The notes beneath the pieces were generated by a model. It was not told the origin of the DNA. It was given only the letters and a program-made list of their open reading frames with translations, and made no database searches. Positions 1 to 9,245 of a stretch of 64,000 nt of DNA are shown piece by piece; the first letter of the stretch is position 1, and each line of letters opens with the position of its first letter. The translations under genes were made by a program, and so were the position numbers. Origin of the DNA: Candidatus Jorgensenbacteria bacterium GW2011_GWB1_50_10 (GTDB lineage: Bacteria; Patescibacteriota; Minisyncoccia; UBA6257; GWB1-50-10); contig LCQK01000003.1 in the NCBI GenBank assembly GCA_001004105.1, positions 46,805 through 110,804 of the forward strand, in the 5' to 3' direction.

Positions 1-246
1 AAAGAAGGGCACAAAATTTTCGCGGTCGAACAATCGCGGCAATCGGTACCTTATTACAAATACTCCATTTATAGACGACCGTTCATAAATGGAGTTGTGC
101 TGGTTTTGGGAAACGAGGTGAAAGGGCTGCCGCCGTCAATTTTGAAAAAAGCTGACAAGATTCTGGAAATTCCAATGAAAGGTAAGAAGGAGTCGCTGAA
201 TGTCAGCGTGGCGTTTGGGATCGTGGTTTACGGTTTGCAATATTAA
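1..246 (+). CDS. SpoU/TrmH-family RNA methyltransferase, C-terminal fragment (5' end outside window)
   Basis: Frame 1 is open from base 1 to TAA at 244-246. The translation ...VLVLGNEVKGLPPSILKKADKILEIPMKGKKESLNVSVAFGIVVYGLQY resembles the SpoU C-terminal knot motifs. Confidence 0.6.
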   Translation, partial: KEGHKIFAVEQSRQSVPYYKYSIYRRPFINGVVLVLGNEVKGLPPSILKKADKILEIPMKGKKESLNVSVAFGIVVYGLQY

Positions 247-259
247 AAAGGTGCAGCCC

Positions 260-697
260 CTATTGGGGCTGCGAGCTGTAGTAGGTGATGGGCAGAGTAT
301 CTGGATCGGGGATGAGTTCCTCGTGGTAGGTGCCGTCTTGGTCTGTGAAAGCGAACACCGGGACTCCGGCGATGAAAAAATCACCCATCGGCGCGAGGTT
401 GGTTTGGACAGCGCTCAAAATCTTCCGCCAGATGTGCTTCCACTGGAAAAGGTCGCCCTTTCTCACGGTTATTTCGTAACGCTTGAGCTCCACTTCGGCG
501 ACCCCATCAATCTCGAAGAGATCTTTGACGAGGTTCCCTACTTCACCATCAAGCGTTTCCAGCGTGTCCCCGTCTTCGCCAACCGAAACCCACGTGACCT
601 TTGGCCCTTCCAGGAGCGGCGTTGATGATTCAACCACCAGTTCGTCCACTTTAATTGAGAGGACGTTCTGCGGCCGATAAATCATCTTGTAGCGCAT
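260..697 (-). CDS. hypothetical protein (weak Nfu/NifU N-terminal-like resemblance)
   Basis: 145-aa ORF convergent with the methyltransferase. The segment LFEIDGVAEVELKRYEITVRKGD only loosely recalls Nfu_N, so no function is assigned. Confidence 0.45.
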   Translation of the reverse strand: MRYKMIYRPQNVLSIKVDELVVESSTPLLEGPKVTWVSVGEDGDTLETLDGEVGNLVKDLFEIDGVAEVELKRYEITVRKGDLFQWKHIWRKILSAVQTNLAPMGDFFIAGVPVFAFTDQDGTYHEELIPDPDTLPITYYSSQPQ

Positions 698-813
698 GAT
701 CCCTCCGCCCGTTGATTGTTTGTTTTACTCTAATTGCTCACTCCAGCATACACCTTTTCGTTTATATCTCAAGTCAGGTTGTTTATAATTATTAGTGGTT
801 AGACATTACTGAA

Positions 814-1308
814 ATGTCCGGGTTTTTCATAAAATTCATAGTGGTTGTCTTCGGCGTTATTTTGGCGTCTACTTTATTCGTTGCGCCCTACGTGAACCAG
901 ATATCGGCTGTGAAAAGAAAATCGGAAATCAAGATTAATGACCAGTTAATTGTCGCGGAAGTTGCGAAAACCGAGGGAGAACGAGCTCGAGGCCTTGGCG
1001 GCCGGGAGGATATCGGCGTGAATGAGGGCATGCTTTTTCTTTTTGATAATGTAGGAGTTTACCCCTTTTGGATGAAAGGGATGAAGTTTGCGATAGACAT
1101 TGTTTGGATTAACGGCGACAAAATCGTGGATATTACGGAGAACGTTGCACCGGAGCCGGGAGAGAGCGATGCGGAACTGGCGGTTTATTATCCTTCAGTG
1201 CCGGTGAATAGGGTTTTAGAATTACGGGCCGGCCGGGTGCGCCTTTTGCGGACGGTGGAAGGCGATTTGGTGAAAATCCGGCCGCTCATTCCGGGAATAA
1301 CAAAATAG
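814..1308 (+). CDS. DUF192 domain protein with N-terminal TM/signal segment
   Basis: The motif GMLFLFDNVGVYPFWMKGMKFAIDIVWINGDKIV is typical of DUF192. A hydrophobic N-terminus is present, and a GTTTATAAT box lies at 781-789. Confidence 0.75.
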   Translation: MSGFFIKFIVVVFGVILASTLFVAPYVNQISAVKRKSEIKINDQLIVAEVAKTEGERARGLGGREDIGVNEGMLFLFDNVGVYPFWMKGMKFAIDIVWINGDKIVDITENVAPEPGESDAELAVYYPSVPVNRVLELRAGRVRLLRTVEGDLVKIRPLIPGITK

Positions 1309-1329
1309 ATAGTTTATAATAATTGAGAT

Positions 1330-2358
1330 ATGGCGAAAATCGCGATAAACGGGTTTGGGAGAATTGGGAGATTGTTTTTTAGGGCTGCCTTCGGTCAGAA
1401 AGGATTGGATATTGTCGCGATTAACGATTTGGGCGACTGCGAAAATCTCGCATATCTTTTGAAATACGACACGGTCTATGGCCGCTACCCCAAAGAAGTT
1501 AAAAGTCAGAATCTAGAATCTAGAAGTTATCTTACCGTTGACGGTAAGAAAGTCTTGTTTTTGCAGGAGAAAGAGCCGACGCGCCTGCCGTGGAAAGATT
1601 TGAAAGTTGATATTGTGATTGAGTCAACCGGCGTTTTTGAGTCGTACGAAAAAGCCAAAGTTCATATAGAAGCGGGCGCAAAAAGGGTGGTCTTGACGGC
1701 GCCCTCCAAAGACCCGGACGGCACGGAGGGGAAAACGGTTTTGGTCGGCGTAAACGACGATGAGGCAAAAGGCGTGGTTTTGACGTCAAACGGGAGCTGC
1801 ACCACGAACGCCGCTTCACCGGTAATTCAGATAATGTCCGAAAATCCCGGCATCAAGAAAGCGATTTTGAACACAGTGCACGGCTACACGGCGACGCAGA
1901 ATTTGGTGGACGGGCCGACTAAGGGTAAGGATTACCGGCGGGGGCGGGCGGCGGCCCAAAACATTGTTCCTTCCACAACCGGAGCGGCGACGGCAGTCAC
2001 GCGCACCATCCGCGAACTGGAGGGAAAATTTGACGGCATCGCCATGCGGGTGCCGGTCGTAAACGGCTCCATCGCCGACATAACTTTTCTTGCTTCGCGA
2101 AAGACAAGCATTGAAGAAATAAATGATATTTTCCGGAAAGCGGCTAAAAACGCCCGCTGGAAGGGGATTTTGGCGGTTTCCGAAGACCCGATTGTTTCAT
2201 CAGACATCATCAACGAACCCTACGGCGCAGTCGTGGATTTACAGTTTACAAAAGTAATCGACGGCGACTTGGTGAAGGTTCTTTCCTGGTACGACAACGA
2301 AGCCGGCTACGTGGCTACCTTAATTAAGCACGTTTTGAATGTGGCGAGTTTGATTTAA
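1330..2358 (+). CDS. gap: glyceraldehyde-3-phosphate dehydrogenase, type I
   Basis: N-terminal INGFGRIGR Rossmann motif, catalytic SCTTN, and WYDNE near the C-terminus. A TATAAT box at 1315-1320 lies 9 nt before the ATG. Confidence 0.95.
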   Translation: MAKIAINGFGRIGRLFFRAAFGQKGLDIVAINDLGDCENLAYLLKYDTVYGRYPKEVKSQNLESRSYLTVDGKKVLFLQEKEPTRLPWKDLKVDIVIESTGVFESYEKAKVHIEAGAKRVVLTAPSKDPDGTEGKTVLVGVNDDEAKGVVLTSNGSCTTNAASPVIQIMSENPGIKKAILNTVHGYTATQNLVDGPTKGKDYRRGRAAAQNIVPSTTGAATAVTRTIRELEGKFDGIAMRVPVVNGSIADITFLASRKTSIEEINDIFRKAAKNARWKGILAVSEDPIVSSDIINEPYGAVVDLQFTKVIDGDLVKVLSWYDNEAGYVATLIKHVLNVASLI

Positions 2359-2359
2359 T

Positions 2360-2839
2360 ATGGTTATTTATATCGGTGCGGATCACAGAGGATTTGAATT
2401 AAAAGAAAATCTAAAAAGTTTTTTGAAAGCCAAAGGATATCAGGTGGTGGATTTGGGGGCGGAGAGTTATGACAAGGACGATGACTACCCGGATTTTGCC
2501 TCTGCGGTTGCGCGGAAAGTGAGTTTGGATTATGAGAATGCCCGCGGGATTTTGATTTGCGCCTCCGGCGTGGGCATGGACGTGGTTGCCAATAAATTCC
2601 GCAATGTCCGTTCGGCGCTAGTGCTCTCGCCCGACCAGGCCTTTGATTCCCGAAACGACGACAACGCGAACGTTTTAGCTCTCGCGGCGGAATATTTGAA
2701 ACCCGAGGAAGCGGAGAAGATCGTTACGGTTTGGATTGAAACGCCTTTTGCCGGTGACGAGGAGAGATTCAGAAGGCGGCTGGATAAGATTTCGCGGCTG
2801 GAACTCAAGGTTACGCATCCCGTAGACGACGAGGAGTAG
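2360..2839 (+). CDS. rpiB: ribose-5-phosphate isomerase B (RpiB/LacA/LacB family)
   Basis: IYIGADHRGFELKENLK and ILICASGVGMDVVANK motifs. The gene is tightly coupled to gap. Confidence 0.9.
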   Translation: MVIYIGADHRGFELKENLKSFLKAKGYQVVDLGAESYDKDDDYPDFASAVARKVSLDYENARGILICASGVGMDVVANKFRNVRSALVLSPDQAFDSRNDDNANVLALAAEYLKPEEAEKIVTVWIETPFAGDEERFRRRLDKISRLELKVTHPVDDEE

Positions 2840-2852
2840 TGATAAGATTAAT

Positions 2853-3494
2853 TTGATGCAAATTATTCCGTCTATCAATGAAACCGATTTTGAAGAGATA
2901 AGACGCAAAATCGGGTTAGCGGCTTCTTTTGCGGAGTGGGTACATTTTGACGTCTCGGACGGAGAATTCACGGATTTTAAAAACTGGAATGAGCCGGAGA
3001 AGCTTCTGGAGTTAAGTGATGAGCTTTCAGGCATAAGATGCGAAGTTCATTTAATGGTCGCAGAACCGCAGGCGGAGGTTGAACGGTGGCTATCTGCTGG
3101 AGCGGCGAGAATAATTGTCCATGCCGAGATGGTGGAGGACGGCTGGCCGATGGTGATAGACAAAATGGATAATTTCGGCGCGGAGCTGGGGATTGCAGTA
3201 AACCCCGAGACGCCGCTCGAGATCTTGAAACCTTATTTGAAAGCTGTACCTTTCATTCAGCTTCTGGCAGTAAAACCCGGGCCCTCCGGTCAGAAGTTTA
3301 ATGAAACAATTTTGAGTAAAATCAGAATCGTTAAAAGAGAAAATCCCGAGACGCGAGTTGAAATTGACGGTGGGATTAATCTTGAAACGGCAAAATTGGC
3401 CAAAAAGGCCGGTGCGGATATTTTAGTTTCCGGCTCCTATATTTGGCAGAGTCCTGAACCTGAAAAAGCTTATGAAGCGCTCAAAGAAATCTAA
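2853..3494 (+). CDS. rpe: ribulose-phosphate 3-epimerase
   Basis: PSI..D...HFDVSDGEF, HLMV and VDGGIN motifs in a pentose-phosphate gene context. Confidence 0.85.
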   Translation: MMQIIPSINETDFEEIRRKIGLAASFAEWVHFDVSDGEFTDFKNWNEPEKLLELSDELSGIRCEVHLMVAEPQAEVERWLSAGAARIIVHAEMVEDGWPMVIDKMDNFGAELGIAVNPETPLEILKPYLKAVPFIQLLAVKPGPSGQKFNETILSKIRIVKRENPETRVEIDGGINLETAKLAKKAGADILVSGSYIWQSPEPEKAYEALKEI

Positions 3495-5085
3495 AAAGCA
3501 GCCGAACCTCATATTCATTACCGGCGGGACGGTTTCCGGCATCGGCAAGGGGATTAGCGTTGCCTCTCTCGCCGCCCTTTTAAAAATGCGGGGCTTGGAG
3601 GTTGTGCCGATTAAGATTGACCCGTATTTGAACCGCGATGCGGGGACGATGAATCCTTACCAGCATGGAGAAGTATTTGTGACCGAGGACGGCGCGGAAA
3701 CGGATTTGGATTTAGGTCACTATGAGCGATTTATTAACATTAATCTGGATGGCCGGTCAAACTTCACGACTGGCAGCGTTTACGAACATGTTATCGGCCT
3801 AGAGCGCCACGGCGATTATTTGGGGAAGACCATTCAGATTATTCCTCACGTGACCGACGAGATTAAAAGGCGGATTGTGAGCGTTTTCCATTCAAACGGC
3901 GCCGATGTGGCGGTGGTGGAAATTGGCGGGACGGTGGGCGACATTGAAGCCGAGCCGTTTTTGGAGGCCGCCCGGCAGATGTTTAGAGAACATGGTCCGA
4001 ACCGCGTTATTTTCATTCACGTGGTCAAAGTTGATTACGTTTTTCCTTCCGACGAGGAAAAAACAAAACCGATTCAGCAGTCAGTGGCGCTTCTGCGCCA
4101 GCGCGGCATTCAGCCGGATTTCTTAATTGTCCGTTCTAAGCGGCCGATTGACTTGGAGAATATTGAGAAAATTTCGCTTTTTACCAACGTTCCGCCGAAA
4201 CACGTTATCCCGGCTGTCGACGTGAGCACTATTTACGAAGTGCCGGTAAATTTCAGGCGGAGCGGCTTTGACGAATTAATCTTGAAGAAATTTGGCCGGC
4301 GATTCGGGAAATCAAACTTCGCCGTCTGGCGCCGGGCGGTAAGCAAGATGACGAGAGCGAAGAAAGTCGTACCCATCGCACTGGTGGGCAAGTACATTGA
4401 GCATGACGACGCCTATCTTTCGGTTGAGGAAGCGGTGGCCCACGCCGCCGCCGCCTCCGGAGTGAAAGTAGATTTGCTTCGGATTGATTCCGAAAGTCCG
4501 GTTTTGCTCAAAAAATTAAGAGAGATGAAAGGTATTATCGTGCCCGGCGGGTTTGGTAAAAGAGGAATTGACGGGAAAATCAGAGCGATTAGATTTGCCC
4601 GCGAGAATAATATTCCCTTTTTGGGATTGTGTCTCGGCTTACAGGTCGCGGTCATTGAGTTTGCCCGAAATGTTTGCCATCTTGGCGGCGCAAACAGCAC
4701 GGAGTTCAACCGCCGGACGCCGCATCCAGTCATTGACATAATGCCTGAGCAGAAAAAAGTGAAAGACAAGGGTGGGACGATGCGCTTGGGCACCTATAAA
4801 GCAACGCTCGCGAAGAATTCCCTGGCGCGCCGCCTTTACGGTACCCCACTTATTTTTGAGAGACACCGCCATCGTTATGAGGTGAATCCCAAATATCACA
4901 GTATCTTAAGAAGGCGAGGTCTGGTTTTATCCGGCTTGAATCTGCCGGACAGGCGGCTCGTCGAATTCATTGAGCTTCCAGAAGCAAAATTTTTCATCGC
5001 CACCCAAGCCCACCCGGAATTCAAATCCAGATTTTTGAAGCCGCACCCGCTTTTCCTGGGTCTCGTCAGGGCGTCCTTAATGTGA
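3472..5085 (+). CDS. pyrG: CTP synthase
   Basis: IFITGGTVSGIGKGI N-terminus and a GATase domain with GLCLGLQ and HRHRYEVN. Confidence 0.95.
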   Translation: MKRSKKSKKQPNLIFITGGTVSGIGKGISVASLAALLKMRGLEVVPIKIDPYLNRDAGTMNPYQHGEVFVTEDGAETDLDLGHYERFININLDGRSNFTTGSVYEHVIGLERHGDYLGKTIQIIPHVTDEIKRRIVSVFHSNGADVAVVEIGGTVGDIEAEPFLEAARQMFREHGPNRVIFIHVVKVDYVFPSDEEKTKPIQQSVALLRQRGIQPDFLIVRSKRPIDLENIEKISLFTNVPPKHVIPAVDVSTIYEVPVNFRRSGFDELILKKFGRRFGKSNFAVWRRAVSKMTRAKKVVPIALVGKYIEHDDAYLSVEEAVAHAAAASGVKVDLLRIDSESPVLLKKLREMKGIIVPGGFGKRGIDGKIRAIRFARENNIPFLGLCLGLQVAVIEFARNVCHLGGANSTEFNRRTPHPVIDIMPEQKKVKDKGGTMRLGTYKATLAKNSLARRLYGTPLIFERHRHRYEVNPKYHSILRRRGLVLSGLNLPDRRLVEFIELPEAKFFIATQAHPEFKSRFLKPHPLFLGLVRASLM

Positions 5086-5105
5086 ATAGTTTATAATGAG
5101 AGATA

Positions 5106-5972
5106 ATGGAGCCTTTACACGAGGGCAAATTAAAGCATTTAGAGGAGAAAGCAAACACAATAAGGGAGAAGGTTATTGAAACGCTCTTGGAGGCCGGTTC
5201 GGGGCACTCGGCCGGGCCCCTGGGGATGGCGGATATCTTCACCGCTCTTTATTTTCATGTTTTGCGGCATGACCCGAAGAAGCCGGATTGGGCCGACAGG
5301 GACAGATTAATACTCTCAAACGGCCACATTTGCCCGGTGCGCTACGTCGCGATGGCCTACGCCGGCTATTTTCCGGTGGAAGAATTGAAGACCCTCCGCA
5401 AATTGAACACGCGGCTGCAGGGCCACCCGCACCGGAGCGCTCTCCCCGGAGTGGAGACAACCTCGGGGCCCTTGGGTTCGGGGATTTCGCAGGCAATTGG
5501 CGTCGCTTTGGCCGCCCGGCTGGACAATAAAAAACACCGGGTCTATTGCATCACCTCCGACGGCGAGCATCAGGAGGGGAACACTTGGGAGGCGATAATG
5601 TTTGCCGGAAAAATGAAGCATCGCTTGAGTAACCTCACCGTTATTTTGGACCGGAATAACATCCAGATTGACGGTTACACTGAGAATGTGATGCCGCTGG
5701 AGCCCCTACGCGATAAATACGAAAAGTTCAGCTGGCACGTGATAGAAATTGACGGCCACAGCATGGTGCAGTTTACGGATGCGGTCGCCGAAGCGAGCGC
5801 GATTTATGAAAAGCCGACGGTGATTATCGCCCACACTATTCCGGGGAAAGGCGTGAGTTTTATGGAGCGCGACTTTACCTGGCACGGCAAGCCGCCGAAC
5901 AAGGAAGAGGCGGAAAAAGCTTTGACCGAGCTCCGCACGTTGGGTCAGAGAATTAAATCAGAACACGAATAA
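5106..5972 (+). CDS. transketolase, N-terminal (TPP-binding) subunit
   Basis: SGHSAGPLGMADI, SNGH and GPLGSG motifs; this is the split-type tkt. A TATAAT box at 5092-5097 lies 8 nt before the ATG. Confidence 0.9.
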   Translation: MEPLHEGKLKHLEEKANTIREKVIETLLEAGSGHSAGPLGMADIFTALYFHVLRHDPKKPDWADRDRLILSNGHICPVRYVAMAYAGYFPVEELKTLRKLNTRLQGHPHRSALPGVETTSGPLGSGISQAIGVALAARLDNKKHRVYCITSDGEHQEGNTWEAIMFAGKMKHRLSNLTVILDRNNIQIDGYTENVMPLEPLRDKYEKFSWHVIEIDGHSMVQFTDAVAEASAIYEKPTVIIAHTIPGKGVSFMERDFTWHGKPPNKEEAEKALTELRTLGQRIKSEHE

Positions 5973-6964
5973 TGGTAAATCCCGAAGCAAAACTTAATCC
6001 GAAGATTTTCGACAAAGACGTGGAAATGAAACCGACGCGGGACGGGTATGGCGATGGTCTGGTTTTGGCTGCTGACCATAATCCTAACGTGGTCGCGCTC
6101 TGCGCCGATTTGACGGAATCAACGCGAGCGGAGGCCTTTGCGAAGAAATATCCAGATAGGTTTTTTGAATGCGGGGTGGCCGAGCAGAATATGGCAACCA
6201 TTGCCGCGGGCCTTGGCATCTCCGGGAAAATTCCCTTCATTTCTTCTTACGCGACTTTTTCGCCGGGCCGGAACTGGGAGCAGATTCGGACGACGATTGC
6301 CTACAACGACTCCAACGTGAAAATCGCCGGGCATCACGCCGGCGTCTCGGTGGGACCGGACGGCGCGACTCACCAGGCAACGGAAGACATCGCCATCATG
6401 CGCGCGATGCCCAACATGAAAGTTTTCGTGCCATGCGACGCGATTGAGGCAAAAAAACTGGTGGTCGCCTCCGCGAAAATATGGGGGCCGGTGTATATGC
6501 GTTTCGGCCGGGAGAAAAGCGCGGTTATCACGACCGCAAGAACCCCCTTTACGCCTGGCAAGGCGGAAATATTTTGGGAATCAAAAGGAAAAATCCAATG
6601 CGCGATTATCGCCTGCGGGATACTGGTCAAGAACGCACTTCTTGCGGCGAAAGAACTGGAGGAGGAAGGCATAAAAACTATTGTTATCAACAACCACAGC
6701 ATCAAGCCGATTGACGAGCAGAAAATCATTGAAGCGGCGGAAAAAGCCGGGGCAGTCGTCATAGTGGAAGAACATCAGGTCTCAGGCGGTTTGGGCGGGG
6801 CGGTAGCCGAAGTTTTGGCAAAACATGCCCCCACGCCCATTGAATTCGTGGGCATGCAGGACACTTTCGGTGAATCGGGCCCGCCCCATGAACTCATTGA
6901 GAAATACGGGATGGGAGTGAGAGACATAAAAGCGGCAGTTAGGCGTGTCATCAAGAGAAGATGA
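5972..6964 (+). CDS. transketolase, C-terminal (pyrimidine-binding) subunit
   Basis: FECGVAEQNM and GPDGATHQATEDIA motifs. The start overlaps the stop of the N-terminal subunit. Confidence 0.9.
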   Translation: MVNPEAKLNPKIFDKDVEMKPTRDGYGDGLVLAADHNPNVVALCADLTESTRAEAFAKKYPDRFFECGVAEQNMATIAAGLGISGKIPFISSYATFSPGRNWEQIRTTIAYNDSNVKIAGHHAGVSVGPDGATHQATEDIAIMRAMPNMKVFVPCDAIEAKKLVVASAKIWGPVYMRFGREKSAVITTARTPFTPGKAEIFWESKGKIQCAIIACGILVKNALLAAKELEEEGIKTIVINNHSIKPIDEQKIIEAAEKAGAVVIVEEHQVSGGLGGAVAEVLAKHAPTPIEFVGMQDTFGESGPPHELIEKYGMGVRDIKAAVRRVIKRR

Positions 6965-8205
6965 TGAAAAGAACCAATGGCTTCACTCTCATTGAACTTT
7001 TAATCGTCATCGCCATTCTTGCCGTCTTCGCAACGGTGACTGTTTTGGTCATCAACCCCGCCGAGCTCATCAGGGCCCGTCGCGACTCCACCCGGCTCTC
7101 CGACCTTAACACCATCAATAAGACCCTGGGCCTTCTCCAAACCGACCAACCTGGCGCCTCTTTCGGCTCTAGCAACAAGGTTTACGTTTCCATCCCCGAC
7201 ACCTCCGCGACCTGCGTGAACCTCGGCCTGCCCGCCCTCCCTTCCGGCTGGACTTACGGCTGTGTCACAACTGCCAACCTCTACAATGTTAACGGCACGG
7301 GCTGGATTCCTGTGAATCTCATGAGCTTTTCCGCCGGTTCGCCCCTCTCCCGCCTGCCCGTTGACCCCATCAACGCCACCTCAACCGGCAACTACTACAC
7401 CTACGTTACCGGGGGGAGTTGGGAGTTCACCGCTTTCCCGGAATCCTCCAAGTACAAAATGGGCGGCGGGAGCGACAAGACATCAGGTGACGGCGGTCCC
7501 TATCCCGAACTTTTTGAAATCGGTTCCAATTTAGCCCTTCACCCGGTGTCCAGAGACACTTCGCTTAAGGGCTATTGGAATTTTGAAGAGGGAAGCGGAG
7601 CGACGACTTATGACTCTTCGGGCGCCGGTAATGTCGGCACCTGGAACGGTTCAGGCAGTCACTGGGCTTCCGGGCGGGTAGGAACGTATGGGGGGCAATT
7701 CAACGGCACGAATGATTATTTGGATGTTGGAAATACAAGCTCCTTAAATATCACGGGCAATATCACTTTTATGGCTTGGGTTTATCTTACTTCTCTGCCC
7801 GGCACTGGCCAATATCGGGTTATCAATCGGGGCGTTGATGGGGGGTTCGGTATGTATGTAGGCGCTGGCGATCATCCTGATGACATAGAATGCGGTATCC
7901 GAACCTCAAATGGAGGCCGAGCGATATCTTCGGACGGTTACGCTTCAAATATTTTAAATATGTGGACACACTTAGCCTGCGTTTATGACGGGTCGGCCCT
8001 TCGTTTGTATGTGAACGGTTCTCAAATTGGTTCGGCGAGCGCCTCCGGAGAAAACAATGTCGGCGGTTATAATACCAGTGTCCGGATCGGATCGGATTGG
8101 CTACCCGGCAAATTTTTTCCGGGCAGAATTGACACGGTCCGCATTTACGACCGGGGTCTTTCAGCCGATGAAGTACGGGCAATCTATGAATCCGCTAACA
8201 ACTGA
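6961..8205 (+). CDS. type IV pilin-like protein with C-terminal LamG (concanavalin A-like lectin) domain
   Basis: Prepilin leader and methylation motif NGFTLIELLIVIAILAV, then a pilin-like core (GWIPVNL...SPLSRLPVDP). The C-terminal part has YWNFEEGSGATTYDSSG...FNGTNDY and a RIDTVRIYDRGLSADEV LamG signature. Confidence 0.8.
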   Translation: MMKRTNGFTLIELLIVIAILAVFATVTVLVINPAELIRARRDSTRLSDLNTINKTLGLLQTDQPGASFGSSNKVYVSIPDTSATCVNLGLPALPSGWTYGCVTTANLYNVNGTGWIPVNLMSFSAGSPLSRLPVDPINATSTGNYYTYVTGGSWEFTAFPESSKYKMGGGSDKTSGDGGPYPELFEIGSNLALHPVSRDTSLKGYWNFEEGSGATTYDSSGAGNVGTWNGSGSHWASGRVGTYGGQFNGTNDYLDVGNTSSLNITGNITFMAWVYLTSLPGTGQYRVINRGVDGGFGMYVGAGDHPDDIECGIRTSNGGRAISSDGYASNILNMWTHLACVYDGSALRLYVNGSQIGSASASGENNVGGYNTSVRIGSDWLPGKFFPGRIDTVRIYDRGLSADEVRAIYESANN

Positions 8206-8237
8206 CGCGAATCCCATTTTGTGGTAAAATTAGTTAA

Positions 8238-9245
8238 TTGATGTTTGATGTAATCACCATCGGCACGGCAACACGGGATGTGTTTCTCACAAGCCCGTTT
8301 TTTAAGGTTTTGAAGGACCCGAAGCACTTGAAGCATATCGGTATGCCGATGGGTGAGGCGCAGTGCTTCGCTTTAGGCGCAAAAATTGAGGTGGAGCAAC
8401 CAATTTTAACGGTTGGCGGCGGCGCGGCGAACGCGGCCGTAACTTTCGCAAGACAAGGACTTAAAACCGGAGCGGTTATAGGCGTAGGCACGGACCCTAA
8501 CGGTGAGGCAGCGGTCAGAGAGCTTAAGAACGAAAAAATCAGGGTTTTCCCCGTTTACGACCCCAAGGACATGACCGGTTATTCGGTCATTCTTATCTCG
8601 TCAGGAGGGGAGCGCACCATTCTTCACTCTCGCGGCGCCTCGCGAGGAATAAAAGGCGGAGAATCAGTTTTCAAGAGAGTTAGAACCAAGTGGGTCTACG
8701 TGAGTCCGGGCGGGATACCCATTGCGGCGATGCAAAAGATTGTAATGCATTTCAAGGAAAGAGGGGCGAAAATCGCCATGAATCCCTCAAAGGATTATCT
8801 CGAAGCCGGAGCGGCAAAATTGAAGACGATTTTAAGGATTCTTGATGTTGTGATTGTAAACCGCGAGGAAGCGTCGTATCTGACAGGCGCCGACTATTCT
8901 GACCCGCGGCGGATTTTCAAAAAGTTTTCGGAGATGGTTGACGGCACTGCGGTAATGACCGACGGACCCAAAGGTTCTTACGTTGCCGACGAGGAGTATT
9001 TTTATCGGTCGGGAATATTCAAAGAAAAGAAACTGATTGACCGGACTGGGGCGGGTGACGCCTTTGGCTCGGGATTCGTCGCCGGTCTCATCCAGAAAAA
9101 AGATGTCTGGCGGGCTCTGCGCCTGGCGAACGCCAACGCCACTTCGGTCGTGGAAGCGGTGGGGGCGGAAGAGGGAATTTTGCGCAAAAAAGATTTAAGC
9201 GCCAAGCGCTGGCAATATCTGGACATGGATTTTGAAACACTATAA
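8238..9245 (+). CDS. PfkB-family carbohydrate kinase
   Basis: DVITIGTATRDVF N-terminus and the TGAGDAFGSGFVAG anion-hole motif. Confidence 0.85.
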   Translation: MMFDVITIGTATRDVFLTSPFFKVLKDPKHLKHIGMPMGEAQCFALGAKIEVEQPILTVGGGAANAAVTFARQGLKTGAVIGVGTDPNGEAAVRELKNEKIRVFPVYDPKDMTGYSVILISSGGERTILHSRGASRGIKGGESVFKRVRTKWVYVSPGGIPIAAMQKIVMHFKERGAKIAMNPSKDYLEAGAAKLKTILRILDVVIVNREEASYLTGADYSDPRRIFKKFSEMVDGTAVMTDGPKGSYVADEEYFYRSGIFKEKKLIDRTGAGDAFGSGFVAGLIQKKDVWRALRLANANATSVVEAVGAEEGILRKKDLSAKRWQYLDMDFETL